Shown: one piece after another, positions 50,853-59,857 of the stretch
How positions within the stretch are numbered: position 1 is the first letter of the stretch
Layout of the letters: each line of letters opens with the position of its first letter
Assembly: GCA_040390885.1 (NCBI GenBank)
Contig: JAZJXN010000036.1
Coordinates: forward strand, 29,194-89,399
Origin: Pseudomonadota bacterium
GTDB taxonomy: Bacteria > Pseudomonadota > Alphaproteobacteria > Caulobacterales > Caulobacteraceae
Reading direction: 5' to 3'
Length of the DNA: 60,206 nt
Program-made: the position numbers and the translations under genes
Notes under the pieces: model-generated
The model's database searches: none
Seen by the model: only the letters and a program-made list of their open reading frames with translations
What the model was told of the DNA's origin: nothing

Positions 50853-50884
50853 GGCGGTCTCGGGGCTGATGGTGTTTTTGCGTC

Positions 50885-50909
50885 AACGTCAGCGTCGCGC
50901 CACCGTTCC
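50885..50909 (-). promoter_or_regulatory. sigma-EcfG (sigmaT) promoter, exact consensus
   Basis: Minus strand GGAAC-GGTGGCGCGACGCTGA-CGTT. Confidence 0.75.
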
Positions 50910-51287
50910 GTTGCGCCGCTTCGCCTAGGGGCCAGCGGCCCCTGGTCGGCCTCTGCCGGGCGCCCGCCCTGCGCGTCTCCGGCGCCTGTATTCACCGAGC
51001 CTTACTCTGGACAATCAACGGACGTCGGATGAGCGTCTGAAGATCAGGATAACGTCTGCGAACCTGCTTGCGCCCAGGGCTGCGCGGCTCCCGGCAGCGC
51101 GCTTCTGAGACGAGCGGCAGGCGGCCGGTTTGCCGCGGTGACGTTGGGCGGCAGGGAAGAGGTACGCTCGGCCGCAGACCGTCTTCACAGCCGGCGCCTG
51201 GTTTTGGCACCATGGCCGTCGGCCCCGCTTGGATAGATCGTCCGACACCCTATCTATCGCACCCACCCTGGAGCAAAGGACGTCCGC

Positions 51288-51551
51288 ATGGCGACCGGCT
51301 GGGCCCATGAAGGCGCGGTTCTCGATCAGATCGAAGACACCATCACTGACGGCGTCCTGACCGCCCGCGCTCGCCTCCCCGTTGGCGAGGGCGCCGAACA
51401 TTGCATTGAGTGCGGCGACGCCATCCCTGAGGCTCGGCGAAAGGCGTTGCCCGGCGTTCGCACCTGCGTCGGGTGCCAGGCCGGCCGCGACAGCCGAATC
51501 GTGCTGGCGGGGATAAATCGCCGCGGCAGCAAAGACAGCCAACTGCGCTAG
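51288..51551 (+). CDS. DksA/TraR C4 zinc-finger protein (YbiI-like)
   Basis: MATGWA..GAV.DQI, CIECG..IPEARR.ALPGV..CV.CQ, NRRGSKDSQLR. Confidence 0.92.
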   Translation: MATGWAHEGAVLDQIEDTITDGVLTARARLPVGEGAEHCIECGDAIPEARRKALPGVRTCVGCQAGRDSRIVLAGINRRGSKDSQLR

Positions 51552-51868
51552 GCGCCCGTTGCGGTCGGATCGGGCTGAGCCAACCACCCGGCCTACGGTG
51601 TTGATGGCCGCAGCCGGTTGAGCCGGGCGAGCTCGTTCCGCCACACCCGCTCGCCCAGCGCGCGCTTGACCGTATCGACATCGACCGCGCCTGCGCTTCG
51701 CCGACGTCGTCGCCGACCGTCGTGCCCCTGCACGCGGCGCGCGCCCCTGAGGTGACCGAGAAGCCGCTGAACCGCTTTGCGTTTGTCGGGGCAGTTCGGC
51801 CCTCCACCCTGCCGGCGCGTCCGGCCAAGCAACCGGCAGCAGGCGCGACGACCAGGCTATGGCTAGAC

Positions 51869-52804
51869 CTAAAGCGGACGGCTCGCGTCCTCGGCCCTTA
51901 TCCGCTCGCGGAGTCCGCCGTCTATTCTGAGGCCATCGTCCACCGATTCATGGATGGCGCCTTGGCTGGGAGGCGCACAAGACGCCTTCATTGCCTCGGC
52001 CTTGGATAACTTGGCCGAAATCCGCTCCGTGAGCTTCGGGGCCAGATGATGCGAGATGTCCGACCCCTTGGCCTTCCAACCGACCGGCTGCTCCTCCTTC
52101 GGATCAAGGCACGCGTGCACGATGGCGTCCGCCACCAGCTGGGGGTCGTCCAGCAGCGCCATTCGAGGCGCATGACCTGTGTAGTTCGCCGCGTGCGTCC
52201 ACCACGGCGTGTCGACGCCCCAGGGCATGATGGTCCCGACGCGAATATTGTCCTCGTCAGCCAGCTTGAGTTCTTCGTTGAGAATGCGGCCAAGGCTCAG
52301 GACCGCGGCCTTGGTCGCGGCGTAGGTGTTCTGCAGCGCCAGTGGGGTTTCACTGTCGATCGATCCGGTGTTGATAAGCGTACCGTAGCCCTGCACGCGG
52401 AACTGGTTGAGCGCCGCGTGGGCGCCGTAGATCAAGCCCTTGAGGTTTACGTCGACCAAACGGGCATGGTCCTGGATCGGGATGTCCCAGAAATAGCCGA
52501 TGGCGCCGACGCCGACGTTGTTCACCCAGACGTCGATGCGACCGAACGCCGCCACGGCCGCCCCAGCCAGAGCGGTCACCTGGGCCGGGTCGCTGACGTC
52601 GGTCACCACTGCCAAGGCGCGGCCGCCCGATGCCTCGATCTCAGCGACGACTTCATCGAGCATTGCCTTGCGGCGCGCAGCGACCACGACCTTGGCCCCA
52701 TGCGCTCCCAGTTGCAGGGCGGCGCCCCGACCAAAGCCGCTCGAGGCGCCGGCGATCACCACGACGAGTTCGGAAAGGTTGGAAGGACGGCGGGGCATGT
52801 TCAA
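51869..52804 (-). CDS. Short-chain dehydrogenase/reductase
   Basis: AGASSGFG, VWVNNVG, YAATK, DTPWWTHAANYTG. Confidence 0.9.
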   Translation of the reverse strand: MNMPRRPSNLSELVVVIAGASSGFGRGAALQLGAHGAKVVVAARRKAMLDEVVAEIEASGGRALAVVTDVSDPAQVTALAGAAVAAFGRIDVWVNNVGVGAIGYFWDIPIQDHARLVDVNLKGLIYGAHAALNQFRVQGYGTLINTGSIDSETPLALQNTYAATKAAVLSLGRILNEELKLADEDNIRVGTIMPWGVDTPWWTHAANYTGHAPRMALLDDPQLVADAIVHACLDPKEEQPVGWKAKGSDISHHLAPKLTERISAKLSKAEAMKASCAPPSQGAIHESVDDGLRIDGGLRERIRAEDASRPL

Positions 52805-52825
52805 GATCTCCTGTTCGGCGGGGTG

Positions 52826-52851
52826 AACAACGCGCAGGCGTGATTGGTTCA
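52826..52851 (-). promoter_or_regulatory. Possible sigma-EcfG promoter
   Basis: Minus strand TGAAC-N17-TGTT upstream of AGGAG RBS. Confidence 0.45.
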
Positions 52852-53178
52852 GGCCACTTGCAACAGGACAGGGCTCGCCCGGCCCAGGTCTCAGGCTTCA
52901 TGCGAGGGCGCGAAGCCGTGGCGATGCAGCCGCCGTCAGAGGAGCCGCTCTGCAGGATGGTGCGTCGCGATCTGGGTCGCGATCTGGAACGAGTCGGTCG
53001 CGGCGGGATTGTCCTTCGCGCAGGCGCCGCCCCCGTCCCCTCCAGGGGCTATCCTGCGCAAAGCCCCCGGTTCGCGCCGGGGGCTTCGTCGTTAGCGATC
53101 AGAACGTCCGCGCGCGCAAGCGAACACGCCGCGAGGCTCGGCCGTGCCGGTTTTGGCCAGCGCCCGGCGTGTCGGGGC

Positions 53179-53203
53179 GCAACCGAACGCGCGTCAGGAA
53201 GTT
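53179..53203 (+). promoter_or_regulatory. sigma-EcfG-type promoter
   Basis: GCAAC-N16-AGTT upstream of the DUF4142 gene. Confidence 0.55.
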
Positions 53204-53245
53204 GCAGCTTCAAGCTCCATCAGGAGCCTCTATGGGGAGAGTGAA

Positions 53246-53929
53246 ATGATCCGTAATCGACTGTTCCAAGCGGCCGGCCTGACGGCGGTGCTGTTGCTTG
53301 CGGCCTGTGGTCAGAAGGCCGGTGAACAGCAGCCCGAAAGCCAGGACCAGGAGCCGACCAACATTGCCCAAGACGTCGCCGGGGCCGCTACGGGCGTGGC
53401 GACCGGAGCCACCGCGGCGCTCAGCACCGAGGCCTTCGTTCGCGATGCGGCCATCGCAGGCCTCTATGAAATCGAGTCGGCCAAGCTCGCCCTCGTCCGC
53501 TCAAAGAATCCAGATGTTCGGGCTGCGGCCGAGATGATCATCAAGGACCACACGGCCGCCGATAAGGCGCTGAAGGCGCTGGTGGCCGCCGGCAAGGCGC
53601 CTGGTCCTCTGCCGACGGCCCTGGATGAACGCCGCAAGGGGATGCTCGACAACCTCCAAGGGGCGGCCGCCGACGACTTTGACGATCGCTTCCTCGACCA
53701 GCAAACCATGGCCCACCATGAGGCTCTGCTGGCCTTCAATGGCTACAAAGCCGCCGGCGACAACGCTGACCTCAAAGCCTTCGCTGCGGCGACAGCCCCC
53801 AAGCTCGAGACCCATGCCAAGATGGTTACAGGTCTCGACCGCACGACCAATGCCGACGATGAAGCCGGCGCTGGCCAGCCAGCTCGGCCTAACGCGGTGG
53901 GACGGGCGATGGACGACATGAAGCACTAG
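53246..53929 (+). CDS. DUF4142 (ferritin-like) lipoprotein
   Basis: Lipobox LAAC; FV..AA...LYEIESAKLA, MIIKDH, FDDRFLDQQ..AH, P.LETH. Confidence 0.88.
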   Translation: MIRNRLFQAAGLTAVLLLAACGQKAGEQQPESQDQEPTNIAQDVAGAATGVATGATAALSTEAFVRDAAIAGLYEIESAKLALVRSKNPDVRAAAEMIIKDHTAADKALKALVAAGKAPGPLPTALDERRKGMLDNLQGAAADDFDDRFLDQQTMAHHEALLAFNGYKAAGDNADLKAFAAATAPKLETHAKMVTGLDRTTNADDEAGAGQPARPNAVGRAMDDMKH

Positions 53930-54027
53930 CGGCGTGGGCGCCGGCGGGCGATCCGTCGCCGCCGATGCTGGTCCGTGAGTGGTGTGCAGGTTAGCCGCCG
54001 CAACGGCCGCGTCGTCGCCTGTCGTCG

Positions 54028-54223
54028 CTATTGCGTCTCCGGGCGCCCCTGGTCCGCCCGTGCTTCGCGGATGGTTTGGTTCAACGCGCGCCGTATTCTC
54101 AGCCCCGAGATGTGGCCGTCGACGTTGCGAAAGCCCTCGCGCCTAAGTTGGGTGCGGATGTCGGTGAGGGAGGGGTATCGGCCGGAGCGCGTAAGCGCGT
54201 TCGACGGGATTATCGGACGGCAC
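54028..54223 (-). pseudogene. Frameshifted paralog of the 42033-42239 small protein
   Basis: VPSDNPVERAYAL / RSGRYPSLTDIRTQLRREGFRNVDGHISGLRIRRALNQTIREAR aligns with NVIERALTLAGSGQCTSMLDVKNRLQREGFEQIDAYLSGYSIRKDINRRL. Confidence 0.7.
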
Positions 54224-54225
54224 GA

Positions 54226-54477
54226 TCAGGTCGGCCGTTGTTGCAGAGCAACCGACCCGGTCCATCCGCGTCGCGCATCAGGTCGCCACACAGCGAGCGA
54301 TCCGTCTCTCAGCGTGACCTCAAGTCGGGCCAGCTCGCCAGCGGCCCATAGAGCTCTTACAAGGCGCCGTCCCGCAGCTTCGGCCTTTTCGCCGCTGAAG
54401 AACACCTGGTCGTTATCGAGGCAATCAGCTCGAACGGTCCAACCGGCGCCGGACGGTAGGACAGATACCTTCTTCAC
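54226..54477 (-). CDS. Small hypothetical protein
   Basis: AAGGGAG RBS, GTG; VSV.PSGAGWTV...FFSGEKAEAAGR.L..A...GE.A.L.V..RDG; ends 2 bp before the next gene. Confidence 0.6.
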   Translation of the reverse strand: MKKVSVLPSGAGWTVRADCLDNDQVFFSGEKAEAAGRRLVRALWAAGELARLEVTLRDGSLAVWRPDARRGWTGSVALQQRPT

Positions 54478-54517
54478 GAGGCTTCTCCCTTACTCACTCT
54501 GCATAATCTAGGCAGCG

Positions 54518-54700
54518 ATGCTCGCGCGTCAAGAACGCCAACATCTCAGCCACCCGGCAAAATGCCGCCTGGAGCAAGTCGACTTTGCGGGGCGAACCTT
54601 GAAATGCCCCCTCGGCTTCGTGAGCGATCAGATGTGTAACCTCTACGCGATGATGAAGACCCGCGCCGAAGCGGCCGCAGCCGTGACGCAGCCCCCCTAA
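54518..54700 (+). CDS. Small hypothetical protein
   Basis: 60-aa ORF divergent from 54477; protein-like composition; weak support. Confidence 0.3.
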   Translation: MLARQERQHLSHPAKCRLEQVDFAGRTLKCPLGFVSDQMCNLYAMMKTRAEAAAAVTQPP

Positions 54701-54958
54701 GCCTGCTCCACCTGGTCGCGTACAAGGTCTTCGCCCCGCCCCCGCGGTTTTCCAGGCTGGGCCAGCGAGACACGCCCTTCCCTCTCCTCCACGGCCGCGG
54801 CGATGAAGGGCCCGAGGATCATCGCCGCATCCACGCACCCGACCGCCACTCAAGGCGCGGGTCCTCTACTCACCCGACCTCCATATCGACACGCTCAGGC
54901 AAACGTCCCGCAACGTCCGCTGACGGGATCGAAAAGCGGCTTGGCCCGTATCCGGTCC

Positions 54959-55336
54959 ATGACCGCCCCGCTCAACACGCCGGACGGCCGCTATCTGGTC
55001 ATTCGCGGCCGGCTGTGGCGGCAGTCCAATCCGAGCCTTCCAGCGGACCGCCGCGCTGAATTGGTGACCCAGTTGATGGACGCCCGGCGCGCGGTCGGTG
55101 TGGCCCGCAAGGCCGGCGACCGGCAGGCCCTGACCGATGCGGGCCGGAGGGTCGACGAGGCGAAGGTGGGGCTCGGCGAACGCGGCCCTGTCTGGTGGAC
55201 GGATGGCGCACCCGACGTGAACCGCCATCTCGTCCACAATACCGCGTATGCGGAATGGTGGAAGGCGCTACCCGAAGCGTACCGCCAGGAGCCGAAACCT
55301 AACCGCCCGTCGAACAGGCTTCACCGGCCAAAGTGA
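54959..55336 (+). CDS. Conserved hypothetical protein
   Basis: TPDGRYLVIRGRLWR.SNP.L...LMDARRAV...VDEAK..LGERGPVWWTDGAPD.NRH...NT.YA.W is a recognisable conserved family. Confidence 0.8.
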   Translation: MTAPLNTPDGRYLVIRGRLWRQSNPSLPADRRAELVTQLMDARRAVGVARKAGDRQALTDAGRRVDEAKVGLGERGPVWWTDGAPDVNRHLVHNTAYAEWWKALPEAYRQEPKPNRPSNRLHRPK

Positions 55337-55595
55337 CGGGACGGGTCGCCAAGGCGCCGCAAATAGCCGTGGCGCGCCCCCCTGCGATCCAGGCCTCGGC
55401 AGCCGCCGGACAGGTTAGGCGGACGATAGCCGAAGAGGACTTCGTTGCTGCGCGGAAGACGGGCCGCTGTCTTGCTCATCGATCCGGGCCGACAGACTAT
55501 GGACCTTCCGGCGGCGTGGAGACAGAGACCCATCTTGAGCCGGGGTGTGGACATCGCCACAGGCAGCGGTGAGTCTTGAAGCACCGGCCTCACGC

Positions 55596-56040
55596 ATGAA
55601 GTTCGACCGCCCCCTTTCGAGGCGCCTTGTCAAACCGACGCCCGGGGCCCGGCCGCGGCCAGCGCCGTCCGCGCTCGAAAACCACTATCGCAGCACCTCG
55701 AATTGGCTCGTCGCCCGGCTCCGCCGGCGCTTCTGCGAGACGCTCGCCGACGATATCGCCCAGGAAGCCTATCTCCGAATGTCCCGGATCGACATGGATG
55801 AGGTGCGGCACCCCAACACGCTGCTCCTGAAGGTGGCCCTCAACGCCGGGCTCAGCCAGACGCGACACGCGGCCTCGCGGACTCGGGTCGCCAACCTGGC
55901 GCTTGAGTGCGACGCAGCCGAGATCGATGCGCCCTGCCCTCTGAGCAGGACGAGGCGCAACTGCTGAAGGAACTCATTGATGGGCTGCCGCCGCTCTACC
56001 GTGACGTGTTCCTCTTGAGCCAGTTCGCGGGAATGCCGTA
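55596..56040 (+). pseudogene. ECF (FecI-like) sigma factor, frameshifted and truncated in region 4
   Basis: ADDIAQEAYLR (region 2), frameshift ~55935, LKELIDGLPPLYRDVFLLSQFAGMPY, then the sigma homology stops. Confidence 0.75.
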
Positions 56041-56231
56041 CGACCAAGACATGCACCGCAACGAAGGCGGCTCGGTCGACCTCTATTTCGGTTCTGCCGA
56101 GCCAGCCGGAAACGCGGTCAACTGGATCCCGAACGCCCTGGGCCGCCAGTGGATTTCGTTGTTCCGCTCCGGACAAGCCGCTGTTCCAGAAGACCTGGCG
56201 GCTCGCGGCCTATGAACGCCTCGCAAACTGA
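56041..56231 (+). pseudogene. DUF1214 C-terminal fragment joined to the sigma remnant
   Basis: NEGGSVDLYFG..EPAG...NWIP......W..LFR / PDKPLFQKTWRL across a frameshift. Confidence 0.7.
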
Positions 56232-56413
56232 CAGATGGAGGCTACCAACGACGATATGAAATGTCGCGGCTGGCCCGCCGCCGGCGTAAGCGCGCCAACA
56301 CCGCATCACGTAATAGCGGCACGCTAAGGCGCTTATCCGACAGATGCCGCGCCAGCTTCGCGTAGTGTGGGTCTTCGTAGCCCGGTGCGAGCCGGCAGCA
56401 TGCTGGGGGTTCC

Positions 56414-56596
56414 TTGGATTCGAATGAACTGCTCAAGGCGGCCAAGGCCGCGCGCGACCAAGCTTCGAGATCAAGCGAAAGCATGGCGCAGGTTTTTATC
56501 TCTGCGGCGGAAGGCTTTGAGGCGAGAGCGGCCGCACTCCAACGCGAGGAGCGCGCTGCGATAGCCCGGCGAAAACCTCCGGGCGTCCCGGACTAG
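56414..56596 (+). CDS. Small helical hypothetical protein
   Basis: TTG start after GGGGG; MDSNELLKAAKAARDQA...FISAAEGFEARAAAL, loosely similar in pattern to 42239-42415. Confidence 0.5.
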   Translation: MDSNELLKAAKAARDQASRSSESMAQVFISAAEGFEARAAALQREERAAIARRKPPGVPD

Positions 56597-56757
56597 CAAG
56601 CACCGCTTCCGCTAGGCGTCGATAGAGGTCGCCTCCCGCCCGCGCGTTGACCTGTCCCGCAGAAGCGAACACTCAGCGGTATTGCAGCACCCAAGGACCG
56701 CTGCCTACCACTACGGACGCCGATGCCGCGGGTGTTCTCCAGCTGCCCGGGCTGCCG

Positions 56758-57010
56758 TCACAGTTTGTCGACCGGGGGCGGGAAGTACGAACCGTCCACC
56801 GCTCCCCCAAGCGGTCCGTAGAACCGGAGGGTGAACCGGTAGTCCCTTTCCCCAGGGGTCGGCAGCCAGTTGAACTCGGGCGTCCCCGAGGGCTTTTCCG
56901 GCCCGAAACAGAGGGTCAGCGAGCCGTCGTCGCCGTACTTCAGACCCGACTCCTTGTTCAGCAGGAACTTGTCGAGGGGATTAGGCAGCGTACGCATGTG
57001 CTGGGTAGCC
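56758..57010 (-). pseudogene. DUF1214 C-terminal fragment
   Basis: PNPLDKFLLN..SGLKYGDDGSLTL.FGPEKP......NWLPTP....FTLRFYGP; N-terminal DUF1254 part absent, homology ends next to element copy B. Confidence 0.75.
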
Positions 57011-57026
57011 GGGTTAAACCCGCGAC

Positions 57027-57119
57027 TTCTGCTATGCGCCACTACCGGACATTGGCACCCGCGCGGGACGTGGTCATTCGCAGATCGGGGATGAAGGCCC
57101 GCTTCCAACCATTGCGGAA
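57027..57119 (+). repeat. ~95-bp three-unit element, copy B
   Basis: TTCTGC-TATGCGCCACTA-CCGGAC, ATTGGC-N13-GTGGTC, 21-bp spacer, GCCCGC-TTCCAACCATT-GCGGAA. Confidence 0.7.
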
Positions 57120-57159
57120 GATGTGAGGGCTTAGCTCCTAAAGGCGGGGGCGCCCTTCA

Positions 57160-57633
57160 TTAATCCCTCGCCAACGCGCTGGCTGCCTTGCCGTCATACT
57201 GGCCGCCGAAGCTAGTCTTCAGGTAGGCCATGATAGTCCCGACGTTGGCATCGGGGTTCTTGCCCCGGAAATCGTTTATGGCCTCGCGCAGTTCCGATTC
57301 CGTCATCTGCTTTGGGCCATACGAGGAAAGGATTGCCAGTTCGGTTTCAGCGGCCTTGGCGCGCTGGTCGACCTTCGACGCATCGCTACCGGCTTCGATC
57401 AGGCGCGCGCGCTCGCTCGCGAGGTTCTCCAGCGTCAGCTTCGTACTCTTTAGGAACTTCGCGACGGTTGCGCCGACCTTTTCATCAGTGACTTTCGTCA
57501 CGCCGCGCTTGAACTCTTCGGTCGTGATCTGCGTAGCTTCGCCGATCAGTGTGGTGAGCAGGTCAGCCTTCAGACGGTCGTTCGCTTTCCGTGCGGCTAG
57601 CTGGTCAGCTTTGAGCTCGTCGAGCAAAGCCAT
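57160..57633 (-). CDS. GatB/YqeY-domain protein
   Basis: LLDELKADQLAARKAND...ELAILSSYGPKQMTESEL...VGTIMAYLK..FGGQYDGK. Confidence 0.85.
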   Translation of the reverse strand: MALLDELKADQLAARKANDRLKADLLTTLIGEATQITTEEFKRGVTKVTDEKVGATVAKFLKSTKLTLENLASERARLIEAGSDASKVDQRAKAAETELAILSSYGPKQMTESELREAINDFRGKNPDANVGTIMAYLKTSFGGQYDGKAASALARD

Positions 57634-57749
57634 GTCGCCGTCCTTTCAATTCAGGCTGTTCGGCAGCGGGGGAACGAGACCGCCGATCAAGCGCGGTTGC
57701 GCCGTAGGGCTACCGTAGCAGGCGCTAGCCATATCCATGTCCGCATTCC

Positions 57750-57844
57750 GTCAGCCATGCGCCAAAGGCGTACATCGGCGCGGAGGCGGAAAGCGGACGC
57801 TTCGCGCGGTACGCAATCGACGTCCGCTTCCCATCCTTGCCGAC
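57750..57844 (+). repeat. ~95-bp three-unit element, copy C
   Basis: GTCAGC-CATGCGCCAAAG-GCGTAC, ATCGGC-N13-GCGGAC, 23-bp spacer, GTCCGC-TTCCCATCCTT-GCCGAC. Confidence 0.7.
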
Positions 57845-58567
57845 CTTCGGGCGCTCCGCTTGCCGGCCACTCTCCGCATCAGCGCCGAGCCAAACGTTCG
57901 ACCCTCCAGACGCCTGCCACCTTCATACCGCCCACTGCGCAGACTAAAGTCGAACTGTCATCGCGGTGCTCGAACGCGGTGGTTGCGCAAATGCTGAGCT
58001 GAAGACGCAGTTCGACTCTCGTGTGCGCCAAGGGGGTTGGGGCTCCGGCGCGCGGGTTGCAAAGGTCCGGGTTAGGTGGAGCGTGGAGCGTCCACCACCA
58101 GCGCTTCAGCTAGAATGGCAATGTTTGAGGGAGGCTCTCAACTTGGGCTGCCCAGTGAGTGAGAAAGTCCCGAATGCCCGCACCGGCCACTGCTCCCGTG
58201 CTAGATTTCGAGCTTCTCGGCGATCGGCCGGCGACGGCGATGAACGACGCCCCATGTCCGCTTGGCCGCTCGAGACCACGCTGGCGCCGGGCTTGGTGGA
58301 TCACTTCCTTGATCAGGGAGCTGCGTGACGACCTCTCCCTTGGCCTCTTCGACCGCGTCGCCGGCCCGGTCTAGGGCTGGGTCAGGACAAAACCGCTCGT
58401 CGAGTACTGGCGCGTTGTGCCGGGGAAGTAGACCGCGAAGGCTTCTATTCCCTCCTGGACCGCCAGCGGTGCACCGCTGGCCGACGCTGGTTGCCGCTCA
58501 CTCCTCCCCACTGCAGGGTTTCTCCAGACCCGCTCCCGCTGATCACCGCTCGCCGACGCTTCTTGCC

Positions 58568-58597
58568 TTAGGGCTGGTGTTAGGGCGGGACTTAGGG
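58568..58597 (+). repeat. Three TTAGGG direct repeats at 12-bp period; probable integrase arm-type sites
   Basis: TTAGGG at 58568, 58580 and 58592, ~50 bp upstream of the integrase ATG. Confidence 0.7.
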
Positions 58598-58649
58598 TGG
58601 CGAGACCAAGACCCCGGACGTATGTTCTCTGTCCGTTCACGGTGAGGCG

Positions 58650-59846
58650 ATGGCGCGCGAAATCAACAGGCTGACGAGCAAGACCGTCGATGCGCTGCAG
58701 GACCCCGGCCTGCACGCGGACGGCGCCAGCCTGTACCTGCGCATCGACCAGACCCTGAACCGGCGGTGGGTCTTCGTCTTCTTCTGGCGTGGACGTCGTC
58801 GCGAGATGGGCCTGGGCGCGGCCGAGGGCGGTAACCTCACAAAGGCGCGCCTTGCCGCAGCCGATGCTCGCCGGCTGCTGAGCGAGGGCGTGGACCCCAT
58901 CGAGGCCCGCAAGCGCGCACTGCTCGCCGCCGCGCCGCGCACGTTCGGCGAAGTCGCGCTCGAGCTGATCGAGCAACTCAAGGGCGGCTGGAAGAGCGAG
59001 GTCACCTCTGCCCAGTGGGAATCGTCGCTGAAGATGCACGCCCCGAAGATCTGGACGCGGCCGGTCGCCGAGGTCGACACCGTCGACGTGCTCGACGCGC
59101 TCAAGAAGATCTGGGCCTCTCACCATGAGACCGCGCGTCGGGTCCGGATGAGGATCGAACGGACCCTGGACTACGCATGCGTCAAAGGATTCCGCGACGG
59201 CGAGAACCCTGCCCGCTGGCGCGGCCACATGCAGCTCATGCTTCCGAGCGTCTCGCACGTGGTCGAGAACCACGCGTCGATGTCCTACGAGGACCTGCCG
59301 GCGTTCGTCGTCAGCCTCCGGCAGAGAGCGGCGACCGCTGCCCGGGCCCTGGAGTTCACAATCCTCACGGTCGCCCGCACAACGGTCACGGTCGAGGCGA
59401 CATGGTCGGAGATCGTCGGTGATGTCTGGGTCATACCGAAGGAGCGCATGAAGACGCCCAAGGACCACCGCGTGCCGCTGACGCCTCGCATGGTCGAGAT
59501 CCTGGAAGTGATGAAGCCGCTGCGGGCCGCCGGCGACTACATCTTCCCTGGCGATCAGCGGATCGATCCGCTCTCCGACATGGCGATGCTCATGTTGCTC
59601 CGGCGGATGAAGGTCGACGTCACCGTCCACGGCTTCCGCGCGACGTTCAAGGACTGGGCCGAGCACTGCACCGAGCATTCGAACGTGATCATCGAAACCG
59701 CGCTTGCTCACTCGGTCGGCGGCGCCGTCGAGCGCGCCTACCGGCGCCGGGATGCGCTGGAGAAGCGCCGGGCGCTCATGGCCGACTGGGAGGCGTTCTG
59801 CACGACACCCCCGTCCGCCAAGGTCATCCCTTTCGCCCGGGCATAG
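58650..59846 (+). CDS. P4-like tyrosine recombinase/integrase
   Basis: Arm-binding N-domain (DG..LYL....W.F....GRRREMGLG....AR..A..AR.....G.DP), ENPA, catalytic R (TVART), K (RMKT), HGFR, LAH, RAY all present. Confidence 0.95.
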   Translation: MAREINRLTSKTVDALQDPGLHADGASLYLRIDQTLNRRWVFVFFWRGRRREMGLGAAEGGNLTKARLAAADARRLLSEGVDPIEARKRALLAAAPRTFGEVALELIEQLKGGWKSEVTSAQWESSLKMHAPKIWTRPVAEVDTVDVLDALKKIWASHHETARRVRMRIERTLDYACVKGFRDGENPARWRGHMQLMLPSVSHVVENHASMSYEDLPAFVVSLRQRAATAARALEFTILTVARTTVTVEATWSEIVGDVWVIPKERMKTPKDHRVPLTPRMVEILEVMKPLRAAGDYIFPGDQRIDPLSDMAMLMLLRRMKVDVTVHGFRATFKDWAEHCTEHSNVIIETALAHSVGGAVERAYRRRDALEKRRALMADWEAFCTTPPSAKVIPFARA

Positions 59847-59857
59847 ACGGTCGAGCC

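Noticed and set aside
51593-51832. Small minus-strand ORF (…VDVDTVKRALGERVWRNELARLNRL)
   Set aside because: May be a gene remnant, but there is no start context or recognisable family.
58430-58465. tRNA gene ending in CCGCCA
   Set aside because: Only a degenerate T-loop/acceptor-like end; no D-arm, anticodon arm or matching 5' acceptor strand. Kept only as a possible att relic.
58568-58597. Telomere-like TTAGGG repeats
   Set aside because: Spaced at 12 bp rather than tandem and directly upstream of an integrase; arm-type sites explain them better.
58650-59846. Integron integrase serving the hairpin elements
   Set aside because: It has a P4-type arm-binding N-domain and no IntI-specific insertion, and the elements lack attC RYYYAAC/GTTRRRY ends.
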